From: Octopus sinensis | Lineage: Eukaryota | NCBI RefSeq assembly: GCF_006345805.1 | Contig: NW_021832978.1 | Coordinates: 1 to 62,637, forward strand | Direction of reading: 5' to 3' | Length of the DNA stretch: 62,637 nucleotides | Part shown: piece after piece, positions 1 through 12,135 of the stretch | Layout of the letters: each line of letters opens with the position of its first letter | Numbering within the stretch: the first letter of the stretch is position 1 | Notes under the pieces: model-generated | What the model saw: the letters and a program-made list of their open reading frames with translations, nothing else | Told to the model about the DNA's origin: nothing | Databases searched by the model: none | Position numbers and translations under genes: made by a program

Positions 1-292
1 AAAAAACCTGTTGTTTATTCTATTGGTATCTTTTACTGAATCATTAAATTTCGGGAAAGTAAATATACCATCACCGGTTACCAAGCTGTAGCTGGGGCGG
101 GTGCACACACACAGACACACACACAGATATATACATACTTAAATACGACGGCTTTCTTTCGGTTTCTACATACTATTTCCACTTACAAGGTTTTGGTCGC
201 CCCAAGTGTATAATAGAGGACACTCACCAAAGTGCCATGCTATGGGACTGAACTAGAAAGTGTGTGGCTGTGGAGCAAGGTTACCATATATA
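1..292 (-). mobile_element. Degenerate tRNA-derived octopus-type SINE (OK/OR-like)
   Basis: Diverged match to the better-preserved copies at 10390-10799 and 31795-32205 (e.g. caaggttttggtcgccc, aagtgccatgc..gggactgaac). Confidence 0.65.
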
Positions 293-313
293 TATATATA
301 TATATATATATGT

Positions 314-358
<45 letters not shown>

Positions 359-847
359 TTTATACATATATACATATGTATATATAAAGACACACAAACA
401 TTTATATATATATATGCATTGTCTGGAGACTTTTATTTGCAGTTGAAGAAATAGCCATATTTTTGGCTGCTATTTCTGAAAAGTTCGGTGTGTGGTAAAG
501 TGAATTTTTTTGCTTTACCATATTTTTATAAATTAATACTTCAAATACACCGTAAATGGTCTTTACATACCGAATACTGCTTGGTCGAATTTATTAACAA
601 TTAATTAATTCTACCCCCTTTTTTGATGACAATATAATGCTTTTCTCTCCAAGAATTTGAACTACAGTTTTTACCTCTGTAGAATGTAATGCTCTATGAC
701 TCACGTGGGTGGACAGGGAGAATAATAGATCTCATTCGTATTTTTGGATTCGCTAGTACTGGGTGTCTGGCATAGTTTGTCCGATGTTACAGATAACGGA
801 CGGGTATGTTTGATTCTTAGTATTTTCAAATCTAAATAAGAAGAATC

Positions 848-909
848 TCTGAGCTGATGAAGGAAAAGTGGCGTTTTACCCACAAATCCAGAAACAGACT
901 GTCCTCGGG
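848..909 (+). ncRNA. Putative type I hammerhead ribozyme, copy 1
   Basis: Stem I TCTGAG/CTCGGG; core CTGATGA; stem II GGA..GTGG/CCAC..TCC; GAAA; stem III ACA-GAC-TGT; GTC cleavage triplet ending at 903. An extra A sits on each side of the base of stem II. Confidence 0.65.
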
Positions 910-1408
910 TATCGTATATGAATGTGATCTTTCATTGTTTTTCCTTATACCTATGTGAGTCATTTTCTGAGTATGCATTGTCTGGAGACTTTTATTTGCA
1001 GTTGAAGAAATAGCCATATTTTTGGCTGCTATTTCTGAAAAGTTCGGTGTGTGGTAAAGTGAATTTTTTTGCTTTACCATATTTTTATAAATTAATACTT
1101 CAAATACACCGTAAATGGTCTTTACATACCGAATACTGCTTGGTCGAATTTATTAACAATTAATTAATTCTACCCCCTTTTTTGATGACAATATAATGCT
1201 TTTCTCTCCAAGAATTTGAACTACAGTTTTTACCTCTGTAGAAATGTAATGCTCTATGACTCACGTGGGTGGACAGGGAGAATAATAGATCTCATTCGTA
1301 TTTTTGGATTCGCTAGTACTGGGTGTCTGGCATAGTTTGTCCGATGTTACAGATAACGGACGGGTATGTTTGATTCTTAGTATTTTCAAATCTAAATAAG
1401 AAGAAATC

Positions 1409-1470
1409 TCTGAGCTGATGAAGGAAAAGTGGCGTTTTACCCACAAATCCAGAAACAGACTGTCCTCGGG
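1409..1470 (+). ncRNA. Putative type I hammerhead ribozyme, copy 2
   Basis: Identical motif; predicted cleavage after 1464. Confidence 0.65.
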
Positions 1471-1969
1471 TATCGTATATGAATGTGATCTTTCATTGTT
1501 TTTTCCCTATACCTATGTGAGTCATTTTCTGAGTATGCATTGTCTGGAGACTTTTATTGCAGTTGAAGAAATAGCCATATTTTTGGCTGCTATTTCTGAA
1601 AAGTTCGGTGTGTGGTAAAGTGAATTTTTTTGCTTTACCATATTTTTATAAATTAATACTTCAAATACACCGTAAATGGTCTTTACATACCGAATACTGC
1701 TTGGTCGAATTTATTAACAATTAATTAATTCTACCCCCTTTTTTGATGACAATATAATGCTTTTCTCTCCAAGAATTTGAACTACAGTTTTTACCTCTGT
1801 AGAAATGTAATGCTCTATGACTCACGTGGGTGGACAGGGAGAATAATAGATCTCATTCGTATTTTTGGATTCGCTAGTACTGGGTGTCTGGCATAGTTTG
1901 TCCGATGTTACAGATAACGGACGGGTATGTTTGATTCTTAGTATTTTCAAATCTAAATAAGAAGAAATC

Positions 1970-2031
1970 TCTGAGCTGATGAAGGAAAAGTGGCGTTTTA
2001 CCCACAAATCCAGAAACAGACTGTCCTCGGG
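1970..2031 (+). ncRNA. Putative type I hammerhead ribozyme, copy 3
   Basis: Identical motif; predicted cleavage after 2025. Confidence 0.65.
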
Positions 2032-2528
2032 TATCGTATATGAATGTGATCTTTCATTGTTTTTCCCTTATACCTATGTGAGTCATTTTCTGAGTATGCA
2101 TTGTCTGGAGACTTTTATTTGCAGTTGAAGAAATAGCCATATTTTTGGCTGCTATTTCTGAAAAGTTCGGTGTGTGGTAAAGTGAATTTTTTTGCTTTAC
2201 CATATTTTTATAAATTAATACTTCAAATACACCGTAAATGGTCTTTACATACCGAATACTGCTTGGTCGAATTTATTACAATTAATTAATTCTACCCCCT
2301 TTTTTGATGACAATATAATGCTTTTCTCTCCAAGAATTTGAACTACAGTTTTTACCTCTGTAGAAATGTAATGCTCTATGACTCACGTGGTGGACAGGGA
2401 GAATAATAGATCTCATTCGTATTTTTGGATTCGCTAGTACTGGTGTCTGGCATAGTTTGTCCGATGTTACAGATAACGGACGGGTATGTTTGATTCTTAG
2501 TATTTTCAAATCTAAATAAGAAGAAATC

Positions 2529-2590
2529 TCTGAGCTGATGAAGGAAAAGTGGCGTTTTACCCACAAATCCAGAAACAGACTGTCCTCGGG
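2529..2590 (+). ncRNA. Putative type I hammerhead ribozyme, copy 4
   Basis: Identical motif; predicted cleavage after 2584. Confidence 0.65.
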
Positions 2591-2792
2591 TATCGTATAT
2601 GAATGTGATCTTTCATTGTTTTTCCCTTATACCTATGTGAGTCATTTTCTGAGTATGCATTGTCTGGAGACTTTTATTTGCAGTTGAAGAAATAGCCATA
2701 TTTTTGGCTGCTATTTCTGAAAAGTTCGGTGTGTGGTAAAGTGAATTTTTTTGCTTTACCATATTTTTATAAATTAATACTTTATATATATA

Positions 2793-3040
2793 TATTGCGT
2801 AGGTGCGTGATTATTGCGGCATCTTTCAACAAATTTTATTCAACAAAAACAATAACATGTAACAAAAACATCTTTAAATGATTATTCCGGAGCATATTCA
2901 CCATCTACTTCAATTACTGCTTCCGATTCGCTTGACAGACGGTCAGAACGTCATTAAAAATTTTTTTGTTTAATATTGTTATTGTTTTTGTTGAATAAAT
3001 GTTGCTGAAAAAAGTCGCAATAATTATGCACCTACCCAAT
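2793..3040 (-). mobile_element. Mariner-derived MITE (~245 bp)
   Basis: Long imperfect TIRs (tattgcgtaggtgcgtgattattgc ... gcaataattatgcacctacccaat). The interior encodes RLSSESEAVIEVDGEYAPE* on the minus strand, resembling a mariner transposase C-terminus. Confidence 0.85.
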
Positions 3041-3847
3041 GGGTGTGTATGTATGAATATATGTATATATGAATGTATGTATACGTGTGTGTGTGTGTAT
3101 GTACATATAGCCTTCTACTGCGTACGTAAATTTGTACATCTCTTGTATTACCTATTCTATGAATCAAAGGAATCGTATTATTGTTTAGTGACGTAAAGTT
3201 TGTTGATATTTTTAAAAAGTTGTAATTGTTATACTGGAACGGTTTCTGATGAAGTTTCGTTGTTGGATAAAATGAAACCCCATCACTGAATTTAGAGAGA
3301 AGAAAAATGAATTGAATGTTACAGTATTTATTAAGGATTTGTTAAATATTTTATTTTAGAATATTCACAATTATGCATAAAAGGCAAAATAATAATTTTC
3401 AGTCAGTGATGCACAGCACCTCAGAAGCAATATACATATGGGCATATATGAATATGGGGGAAAAATATGTGTGCATATCCCTTTCTATCTATCTTTAAAC
3501 TACTTGGTCAGGGTGCAGTACAAATAAAAGACCACTGAAACAAAAATATATCAATTTATTTGAAAGCTAGAAAAAGCAAAATGCTGTAATTAAAATGTTG
3601 GTAGAGGAGGGGTGTGAGAAAATAAATACAGAATGAAAGGAAGAAGATTAATTTCAGCCACGGCACAGGAAGTTATGAAATGGCAGCCATGGAAACAGCT
3701 TTATGGTGGTGACATCGAGCGGATAAATGGGTGCGTAGCAATGGGATTTGGGAAATAATCCCAGGCACTCATTTGTAACATTCATGGGTTGTTAAGGAAA
3801 GTATGAACCCACTCTCATATATGTATGTACGGGTGCGAGTGTATTTA

Positions 3848-3922
<75 letters not shown>

Positions 3923-4370
3923 TGTGTATAGAAATATGTAATGTGTGAATATAGACGTGTGCATGTGCACATATTTTTGTGTGTATATACACTTATGTTT
4001 AAATATATGTTTCTGCGCGCGTCTCGATGTGTACCAAAACTAAGAACGGACTTGAATATATCATCGTATCTGTCTCTCTATACATATGCATACATTGCTT
4101 TTAATTGCGTTAATCATTTGACTGTGACCAGACTGGAGCAACACTTTCAAGGTTTGACTGGAGCAAATCAATGTAACTACTTATTTTTAATCCTGGTTCT
4201 TATCCCCACGGTTCTGTTTTTACTAAACAGATTGGTACGGGGACGTAAACAAACTAACGTCGATGGCCAAGCAGTGGTGGAGGACAATGACACCTCCACA
4301 TATACAAAAGACAGTCTACTTTCAGATGGTGTCAACCAAATTCCTCTGAAATCATTAGCTTGGGTCCATA

Positions 4371-4529
4371 GGCGCAGGAGTGGCTGTGTGGTAAGTAGCT
4401 TGTTTACCAACCACATGGTTCCGGGTTTAGTCCCACTGCGTGGCAGCTTGGGAAGTGTCCACTACTATAGCCTCGGGCCGACCAAAACCTTATGACTGTA
4501 TTTGGTAGACGGAAGCTGAAAGAATCCTG

Positions 4530-4531
<2 letters not shown>
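4371..4531 (+). mobile_element. tRNA-derived SINE, 5' half
   Basis: ggcgcaggagtggctgtgtggtaag (A-box-like) ... ggttccgggtttagtccc (B-box-like), ending in a (TA)n run. Confidence 0.85.
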
Positions 4532-4575
<44 letters not shown>

Positions 4576-4583
4576 TCACACAC

Positions 4584-4614
<31 letters not shown>

Positions 4615-4649
4615 ATTATACATACATATATGTATGCATGTATATAGTT

Positions 4650-5400
4650 CAGACTCCTGCCTATAGAAGCCACTTGAACAATCCTCGGGCATCAGTTTTC
4701 TCAACCGGCGTCATTCCGGCATCATCGTACAATGTCGTTCTGCGTCGTCTTCGATTGCAGTGCATCAGCACTCACTTTTTCTCGGTGCTTCCAGAAATAT
4801 ATGAGTAGAGCAAAGGCAATGACCTGGGTTAGATATTTAGTTCTAAATGTGCCCCTGACGTCGACTTTTGACTCCACAATGTATCGGTCGTTTCTGCAAT
4901 TCACAACGGCGTCCACTTTGAAGATCTCATCAGAGAAATAACCCTAACCCTAACTTGTTCTTCTTGAGGCATGTGAAAATGTTTTTGCACCTTTCAAGTC
5001 TCCCGGGTTTCATAAGTTCTGTCCACATATTCCTCGGTTTTCTCGTGTAGGACTTGTGGCCCAAGTTATCATTCACAGTTATTCTGATGGTCTCGCGGTC
5101 CACATCAATTGCAGAAGCTAGCCTCCTCATGGTTGTGGTTGGGTCCGTTGAAATTTTGGACTGAAGGGTGTTGATGAAGTCTTGAGTACGCTTCATGTTG
5201 GCCCCACTGCTGCTAGACTTCTTCTCAATGTGGTTGCCTACGTCCCTTATCTTCTTGACGTTATAAAGCGTGCGTAAGGATACTCTATGTTTGTGATCCT
5301 CTTAGATCCGTCTTGAGCACGGACCAAATCACATACTCATTGGCCTTCGTCTTCCTGCGCAGGTATCATCTCCAATATTTCTGCAAAAAAATTCGCTTAT
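4650..5400 (-). mobile_element. Decayed Tc1/mariner-superfamily (maT/DD37D-like) transposase relic, copy 1
   Basis: HTH-like MRRLASAIDVDRETIRITVNDNLGHKSY, then a frameshift into FSDEIFKVDAVVNCRNDRY, the first catalytic D motif of maT-type transposases. Confidence 0.8.
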
Positions 5401-5541
5401 TATTAGCTAACACTGTATTGTTTGTTCTTCATTAGCTTTCATATCATTTGGTGTTGTGGTTGTTGTGAAATATTAGTGTAATTTTAATGCAAGTTCTGCT
5501 TCCTCACATGTTTTACGTGTGCTATGATTTCAAGCTGTGAA

Positions 5542-5870
5542 GGCGCGTGGCTCAGTGGTTAGAGCGTCGAGCTTACGATCGTGAGGTTGTGAGCTCGAAT
5601 CCCGGACCGGGCTGCGTGTTGTGTTCTTGAGCAAGACACTTTATTTCACATTGCTCCAGTTGACTCAGCTGTAGAAATGAGTTGCGACGTCACTGGTGCC
5701 AAGCTGTATCGACCTTTGCCTTTCCCTTGGATAACATCAGTGGCGTGCAGAGGGGGGGCGGTATGCATGGGCGACTGCTGGTCTTCCATAAACAACCTTG
5801 CCCAGACTTGTGCCTCAGAGAGTACCTCTCTAGGTGCAAACCCATGGTCAGTGTCTGACCGAAGGGGGTC
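5542..5870 (+). mobile_element. tRNA-derived SINE with CORE-like segment, copy 1
   Basis: A box TGGCTCAGTGG, B-box-like GAGCTCGAATCC, followed by gtgttgtgttcttgagcaagacacttt. Confidence 0.8.
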
Positions 5871-6250
5871 ACTATGTCACTATCACTATGATTCCAAGCT
5901 ATGATATTTGGTAATATATAAATATAAAAGGTATAACTTAAACTGGACCGGTTTTATGAAGCTTCGTTTTGGGATGAAATAAAATCACTTGACAGAATTT
6001 AGAGACAATAAAAAATGATTTGAATATTACGGGATTTATTTTTGATTTGTTAAATATTTTACTTTACAATATTCACCATTATTCGTAGAGGACAAAATAA
6101 TAATTTCCAATCATCTGATGGACAGCACTCCAGAAGTCGGAGGGCTAGGAAAACTCACCAAGAAAGGCTTAAATCTCAAAGAAAAAGCGAAAGGAGGTTG
6201 GTGTCTCAAGCCAATAGAAAAGGCAACGTATATATATATGTATATATATA

Positions 6251-6413
6251 GGCGCAGGAGTGGCTGTGTGGTAAGTAGCTTGCTAACCAACCACATGGTT
6301 CCGGGTTCAGTCCCACTGCGTGGCATCTTGGGCAAGTGTCTTCTGCTATAGCCCCGGGCCGACCAATGCCTTGTTAGTGGATTTGATAGACGGAAACTGA
6401 AAGAAGACCGTCG
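6251..6413 (+). mobile_element. tRNA-derived SINE, 5' half
   Basis: Well-preserved head ggcgcaggagtggctgtgtggtaagtagcttgctaaccaaccacatggttccgggttcagtccc. Confidence 0.85.
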
Positions 6414-6689
6414 TATATATGTATGTATATATATATATATATATATATATAACAAGGGAGTCAGAGAAAGGCAGAATGCCACTTAAATCTGAACACTACT
6501 ATAGAAATATTCTTTTAAAAAAACTTTTCTTCTAATTTTTCTAAATTTAATTATTTAATCGTTACAGTTGAAAAGGTCTCAAAATGACCGAAACCGGTAC
6601 TGAAATGTTCACTATAAAATTATTTTAGCATTTTCTATTTTTGACTTGTTTTTTCATATATATCAACTCGTGTGATCCTTTCCACCCTT

Positions 6690-6796
<107 letters not shown>

Positions 6797-7236
6797 GAAA
6801 TATGTAATGTGTGAATATAGACGTGTGCATGTGCACATATTTTTGTGTGTATATACACTTATGTTGAAATATATGTTTCTGCGCGCGTCTCGATGTGTAC
6901 CAAAACTAAGAACGGACTTGAATATATCATCGTATCTGTCTCTCTATACATATGCATACATTGCTTTTAATTGCGTTAATCATTTGACTGTGACCAGACT
7001 GGAGCAACACTTTCAAGGTTTGACTGGAGCAAATCAATGTAACTACTTATTTTTAATCCTGGTTCTTATCCCCACGGTTCTGTTTTTACTAAACAGATCG
7101 GTACGGGGACGTAAACAAACTAACGTCGATGGCCAAGCAGTGGTGGAGGACAATGACACCTCCACATATACAAAAGACAGTCTACTTTCAGATGGTGTCA
7201 ACCAAATTCCTCTGAAATCATTAGCTTGGGTCCATA

Positions 7237-7397
7237 GGCGCAGGAGTGGCTGTGTGGTAAGTAGCTTGTTTACCAACCACATGGTTCCGGGTTTAGTCCC
7301 ACTGCGTGGCAGCTTGGGAAGTGTCCACTACTATAGCCTCGGGCCGACCAAAACCTTATGACTGTATTTGGTAGACGGAAACTGAAAGAATCCTGTC
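7237..7397 (+). mobile_element. SINE 5' half (duplicate of 4371-4531)
   Basis: Part of the tandem duplication. Confidence 0.85.
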
Positions 7398-7504
7398 ATA
7401 TATATATATATATATTATATATACATATTCACACACACACCACACACACATACATATATATATATATATAATTATACATACATATATGTATGCATGTATA
7501 TAGT

Positions 7505-8255
7505 TCAGACTCCTGCCTATAGAAGCCACTTGAACAATCCTCGGGCATCAGTTTTCTCAACCGGCGTCATTCCGGCATCATCGTACAATGTCGTTCTGCG
7601 TCGTCTTCGATTGCAGTGCATCAGCACTCACTTTTTCTCGGTGCTTCCAGAAATATATGAGTAGAGCAAAGGCAATGACCTGGGTTAGATATTTAGTTCT
7701 AAATGTGCCCCTGACGTCGACTTTTGACTCCACAATGTATCGGTCGTTTCTGCAATTCACAACGGCGTCCACTTTGAAGATCTCATCAGAGAAATAACCC
7801 TAACCCTAACTTGTTCTTCTTGAGGCATGTGAAAATGTTTTTGCACCTTTCAAGTCTCCCGGGTTTCATAAGTTCTGTCCACATATTCCTCGGTTTTCTC
7901 GTGTAGGACTTGTGGCCCAAGTTATCATTCACAGTTATTCTGATGGTCTCGCGGTCCACATCAATTGCAGAAGCTAGCCTCCTCATGGTTGTGGTTGGGT
8001 CCGTTGAAATTTTGGACTGAAGGGTGTTGATGAAGTCTTGAGTACGCTTCATGTTGGCCCCACTGCTGCTAGACTTCTTCTCAATGTGGTTGCCTACGTC
8101 CCTTATCTTCTTGACGTTATAAAGCGTGCGTAAGGATACTCTATGTTTGTGATCCTCTTAGATCCGTCTTGAGCACGGACCAAATCACATACTCATTGGC
8201 CTTCGTCTTCCTGCGCAGGTATCATCTCCAATATTTCTGCAAAAAAATTCGCTTA
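7505..8255 (-). mobile_element. maT-like transposase relic, copy 2
   Basis: Duplicate of 4650-5400. Confidence 0.8.
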
Positions 8256-8397
8256 TTATTAGCTAACACTGTATTGTTTGTTCTTCATTAGCTTTCATAT
8301 CATTTGGTGTTGTGGTTGTTGTGAAATATTAGTGTAATTTTAATGCAAGTTCTGCTTCCTCACATGTTTTACGTGTGCTATGATTTCAAGCTGTGAA

Positions 8398-8725
8398 GGC
8401 GCGTGGCTCAGTGGTTAGAGCGTCGAGCTTACGATCGTGAGGTTGTGAGCTCGAATCCCGGACCGGGCTGCGTGTTGTGTTCTTGAGCAAGACACTTTAT
8501 TTCACATTGCTCCAGTTGACTCAGCTGTAGAATGAGTTGCGACGTCACTGGTGCCAAGCTGTATCGACCTTTGCCTTTCCCTTGGATAACATCAGTGGCG
8601 TGCAGAGGGGGGGCGGTATGCATGGGCGACTGCTGGTCTTCCATAAACAACCTTGCCCAGACTTGTGCCTCAGAGAGTACCTCTCTAGGTGCAAACCCAT
8701 GGTCAGTGTCTGACCGAAGGGGGTC
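8398..8725 (+). mobile_element. tRNA/CORE-like SINE, copy 2
   Basis: Duplicate of 5542-5870. Confidence 0.8.
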
Positions 8726-9102
8726 ACTATGTCACTATCACTATGATTCCAAGCTATGATATTGGTAATATATAAATATAAAAGGTATAACTTAAACTGG
8801 ACCGGTTTTATGAAGCTTCGTTTTGGGATGAAATAAAATCACTTGACAGAATTTAGAGACAATAAAAAATGATTTGAATATTACGGGATTTATTTTTGAT
8901 TTGTTAAATATTTTACTTTACAATATTCACCATTATTCGTAGAGGACAAAATAATAATTCCAATCATCTGATGGACAGCACTCCAGAAGTCGGAGGGCTA
9001 GGAAAACTCACCAAGAAAGGCTTAAATCTCAAAGAAAAAGCGAAAGGAGGTGGTGTCTCAAGCCAATAGAAAAGGCAACGTATATATATATGTATATATA
9101 TA

Positions 9103-9265
9103 GGCGCAGGAGTGGCTGTGTGGTAAGTAGCTTGCTAACCAACCACATGGTTCCGGGTTCAGTCCCACTGCGTGGCATCTTGGGCAAGTGTCTTCTGCTA
9201 TAGCCCCGGGCCGACCAATGCCTTGTTAGTGGATTTGATAGACGGAAACTGAAAGAAGACCGTCG
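9103..9265 (+). mobile_element. SINE 5' half (duplicate of 6251-6413)
   Basis: Part of the tandem duplication. Confidence 0.85.
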
Positions 9266-9549
9266 TATATATGTATGTATATATATATATATATATATAT
9301 ATAACAAGGGAGTCAGAGAAGGCAGAATGCCACTTAAATCTGAACACTACTATAGAAATATTCTTTTAAAAAAACTTTTCTTCTAATTTTTCTAAATTTA
9401 ATTATTTAATCGTTACAGTTGAAAAGGTCTCAAAATGACCGAAACCGGTACTGAAATGTTCACTATAAAATTATTTTAGCATTTTCTATTTTTGACTTGT
9501 TTTTTTCATATATATCAACTCGTGTGATCCTTTCCACCCTTATACATAT

Positions 9550-9640
<91 letters not shown>

Positions 9641-10053
9641 TTGTGTGTCTATGTTTGTCCCCCTAGCATTGCTTGACAACCGATGTTAGTGTGTTTACGT
9701 CCCCGTCTCTTAGCGGTTTATGTAAATGAAATCCTTGAAACTACTGAGTTGTTCCCCTTGCAACGTATCTATTTCTGAATGCTGAACACTAAAAAAAAAA
9801 TCACTCTTTTTGCTATAGCAACCACATCTTTATAGCTTGCGAATTTTAACCATCACGGGTCTCATCCTCACCACGCATTTAGTATCCCTGCCTATTTTCA
9901 GCTGGGTCCTAGCTTCGGTTTGGCCGCCATTAAACGTCAAAGCAAAATGTAAATACAATTTTCGTCCAAGGACAGTTTTATAGATATCGATTATAGTCCA
10001 TTGTTGTTATTATAGTATATTGCCGTGCCAACATATATATATATATGGGGGCG

Positions 10054-10320
10054 GGGGCATATGACCTAGTGGTTAGAGCAGGGGCCTCGTGCGGTAGAGG
10101 GATCGCGGGCTCGAATCTCAGACCGGGCGATGTGTGTGTTTATGAGCGAAGCACCTAAACCCCACGTGGCTCCGGCAGAAGGTGAGGGCGAACTTCTGCT
10201 GACTCTCTCGCCACCACGTTCTCTCACTCTTTCCTCCTGCTTCTAGCAACTCACCAGGTGGGGAACCTATTCGCCAATGAAACCGGGAAACCGGCCCTTA
10301 TCAAATGGAACAAACAATAA
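10054..10320 (+). mobile_element. tRNA-derived SINE (different family)
   Basis: A-box-like TGACCTAGTGG and B-box-like GGCTCGAATCT, followed by a non-tRNA body. Confidence 0.65.
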
Positions 10321-10351
10321 CAAGAGCATTTATATATATGTATATATATAT

Positions 10352-10384
<33 letters not shown>

Positions 10385-10389
10385 ATACT

Positions 10390-10799
10390 CTCTTTCTCTC
10401 TCTCTTTTACTCTCTTTTACTTGTTTCAGTCATTTGACTGCGGCCATGCTGGAGCACCACCTTTAGTCGAGCAAATCGACCCCAGGACTTATTCTTTGTA
10501 AGCCCAGTACTTATTCTATCGGTCTCTTTTGCCGAACCGCTATGTGACGGGGACGTAAACACACCAGCATCGGTTGTCAAGCAATGCTAGAAGGACAAAC
10601 ACAGGCACACACACACATACATATATATACATATATACGACATGCTTCTTTCAGTTTCCGTCTACCAAATCCACTCACAAGGCATTGGTCGGCCCGGGGC
10701 TATAGCAGAAGACACTTGCCCAAGATGCCACGCAGTGGGACTGAACCCGGAACCATGTGGCTGGTTAGCAAACTACTTACCACACAGCCACTCCTGCGC
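10390..10799 (-). mobile_element. Full-length octopus-type SINE (head + internal microsatellite + body + AAAGAG tail)
   Basis: Collinear with copies at 11004-11350, 30145-30572 and 31795-32205. Confidence 0.9.
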
Positions 10800-10916
10800 T
10801 ATATGTATATATATGTATATATATGTATATGTATATATATGTATATGTGTGTATATATATATATATGTATATATATATATGTTATATATATGTATATATA
10901 TGTATATGTATATATA

Positions 10917-11003
<87 letters not shown>

Positions 11004-11007
<4 letters not shown>

Positions 11008-11350
11008 TTTTACCTGTTTCAGTCATTTGACTGCGGCCATGCAGGAGCACCGCCTTTAGTCGAACAAATCTTCCCCAGGACTTATTCTTTGTAAGTCTGA
11101 TACTTATTCTATCGGTCTCCCTTGCCGAACCACTAAGTTACGGGGACGTAAACACACCAAGCGACACAAACACTCAGACACACACGCACACATTTGTATA
11201 TATTTCGGTTTCCGTCTACCCAATCCATTCACAAGGCGTTGGTCGGATCGAGGCTATAGTAGAAGACACTTTCCCAAACTGCCATGCAGAGGGACTGAAA
11301 CCTCAGCCACGTGGTTGGTAAGCAAGGTACTTACCACACAGCTACTCCTG
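11004..11350 (-). mobile_element. Octopus-type SINE
   Basis: Same body (gtcatttgactgcggccatgc..ggagcacc) and head as 10390-10799. Confidence 0.85.
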
Positions 11351-11574
11351 CATATATACACAAACGTGTGTGTCAATGCACTCATACACACACACATGCG
11401 CCTACACACACACAGACACACATGTACATGTATGTATGTATATATACTTAGATTATATAGGAAAGGACTTGAATGTGTGCGTGCGTGTGTGTGTGTGTGT
11501 GCGTGTGTGTGTATTGATACTTGTGTCTACATACACATGAATATATTCTTTGAATGTATTGATTACTTTTGTTA

Positions 11575-11755
11575 CTGGACTACGGCCAAACTGGAGCAAC
11601 ATTCTAAAGGGTTCAGAGCAGGAAATCGATGCATGTACTTATTCTTAAAGCTGGCTCTTATCCTATGGGTCCCTGTATTCTGAACATTTACATTATGAGG
11701 ACGTAAACATAAGACCATCGGTTGTCATTCTGTTGTGGATGACTAAGACACCACA

Positions 11756-11786
<31 letters not shown>

Positions 11787-11975
11787 CACCACACACACAC
11801 ACACACACACGCAAGCGCACCTAAACACACTCACAGACGACAGACGACTTTCAGTCATTTTCTATCGAATTCACTCATAAGTCATTAGTCCGTGACTATA
11901 GTAGAAGGCCCCCGTTCAAGTTACCACACTGTGGGATTGAACCTCGAACCATGTGCTTGTAAAGCAAACTTATTT
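11575..11975 (-). mobile_element. Degenerate octopus-type SINE
   Basis: Diverged body and head with an internal (CA)n. Confidence 0.55.
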
Positions 11976-12010
11976 TCACGTTTCCACACCATCACCTGCC
12001 TATTTGTCTG

Positions 12011-12066
<56 letters not shown>

Positions 12067-12067
12067 C

Positions 12068-12135
<68 letters not shown>
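12011..12135. repeat. (TATC)n microsatellite, left flank of LINE
   Basis: About 31 nearly perfect units. Confidence 0.97.

Larger units (their letters stand above)
414..2782. repeat. Tandem array, ~560-bp unit, ~4.2 copies, flanked by (TA)n
   Basis: atgcattgtctggagac recurs at 414, 973, 1535, 2096 and 2655. Copies differ mostly by 1-bp indels. Confidence 0.97.

Noticed and set aside
701-1080. Weak pogo-transposase resemblance (LRIKHTRPLSVTSDKLCQTP) on the minus strand of the 560-bp unit
   Set aside because: Too short, no DDE motif, and frames differ among copies.
414-2782. TRIM/LTR tandem array (A-B-A-B-A structure)
   Set aside because: No clear TG..CA termini, PBS or PPT. The A-B-A form follows trivially from a non-integer copy number.
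3941-4495. 184-aa ORF (duplicated at 6807-7361)
   Set aside because: Reads through microsatellite and SINE sequence; no protein-like features.
5542-5620. Functional tRNA genes (also at 8398, 10054, 19140 and 20200)
   Set aside because: Only A/B boxes are retained, the cloverleaf is incomplete, and each continues into a SINE body or repeat.
11953-12135. N-terminus of the 337-aa ORF as real protein
   Set aside because: It is the (TATC)n tract read as YLSI repeats; the LINE-derived part starts at ~12136.
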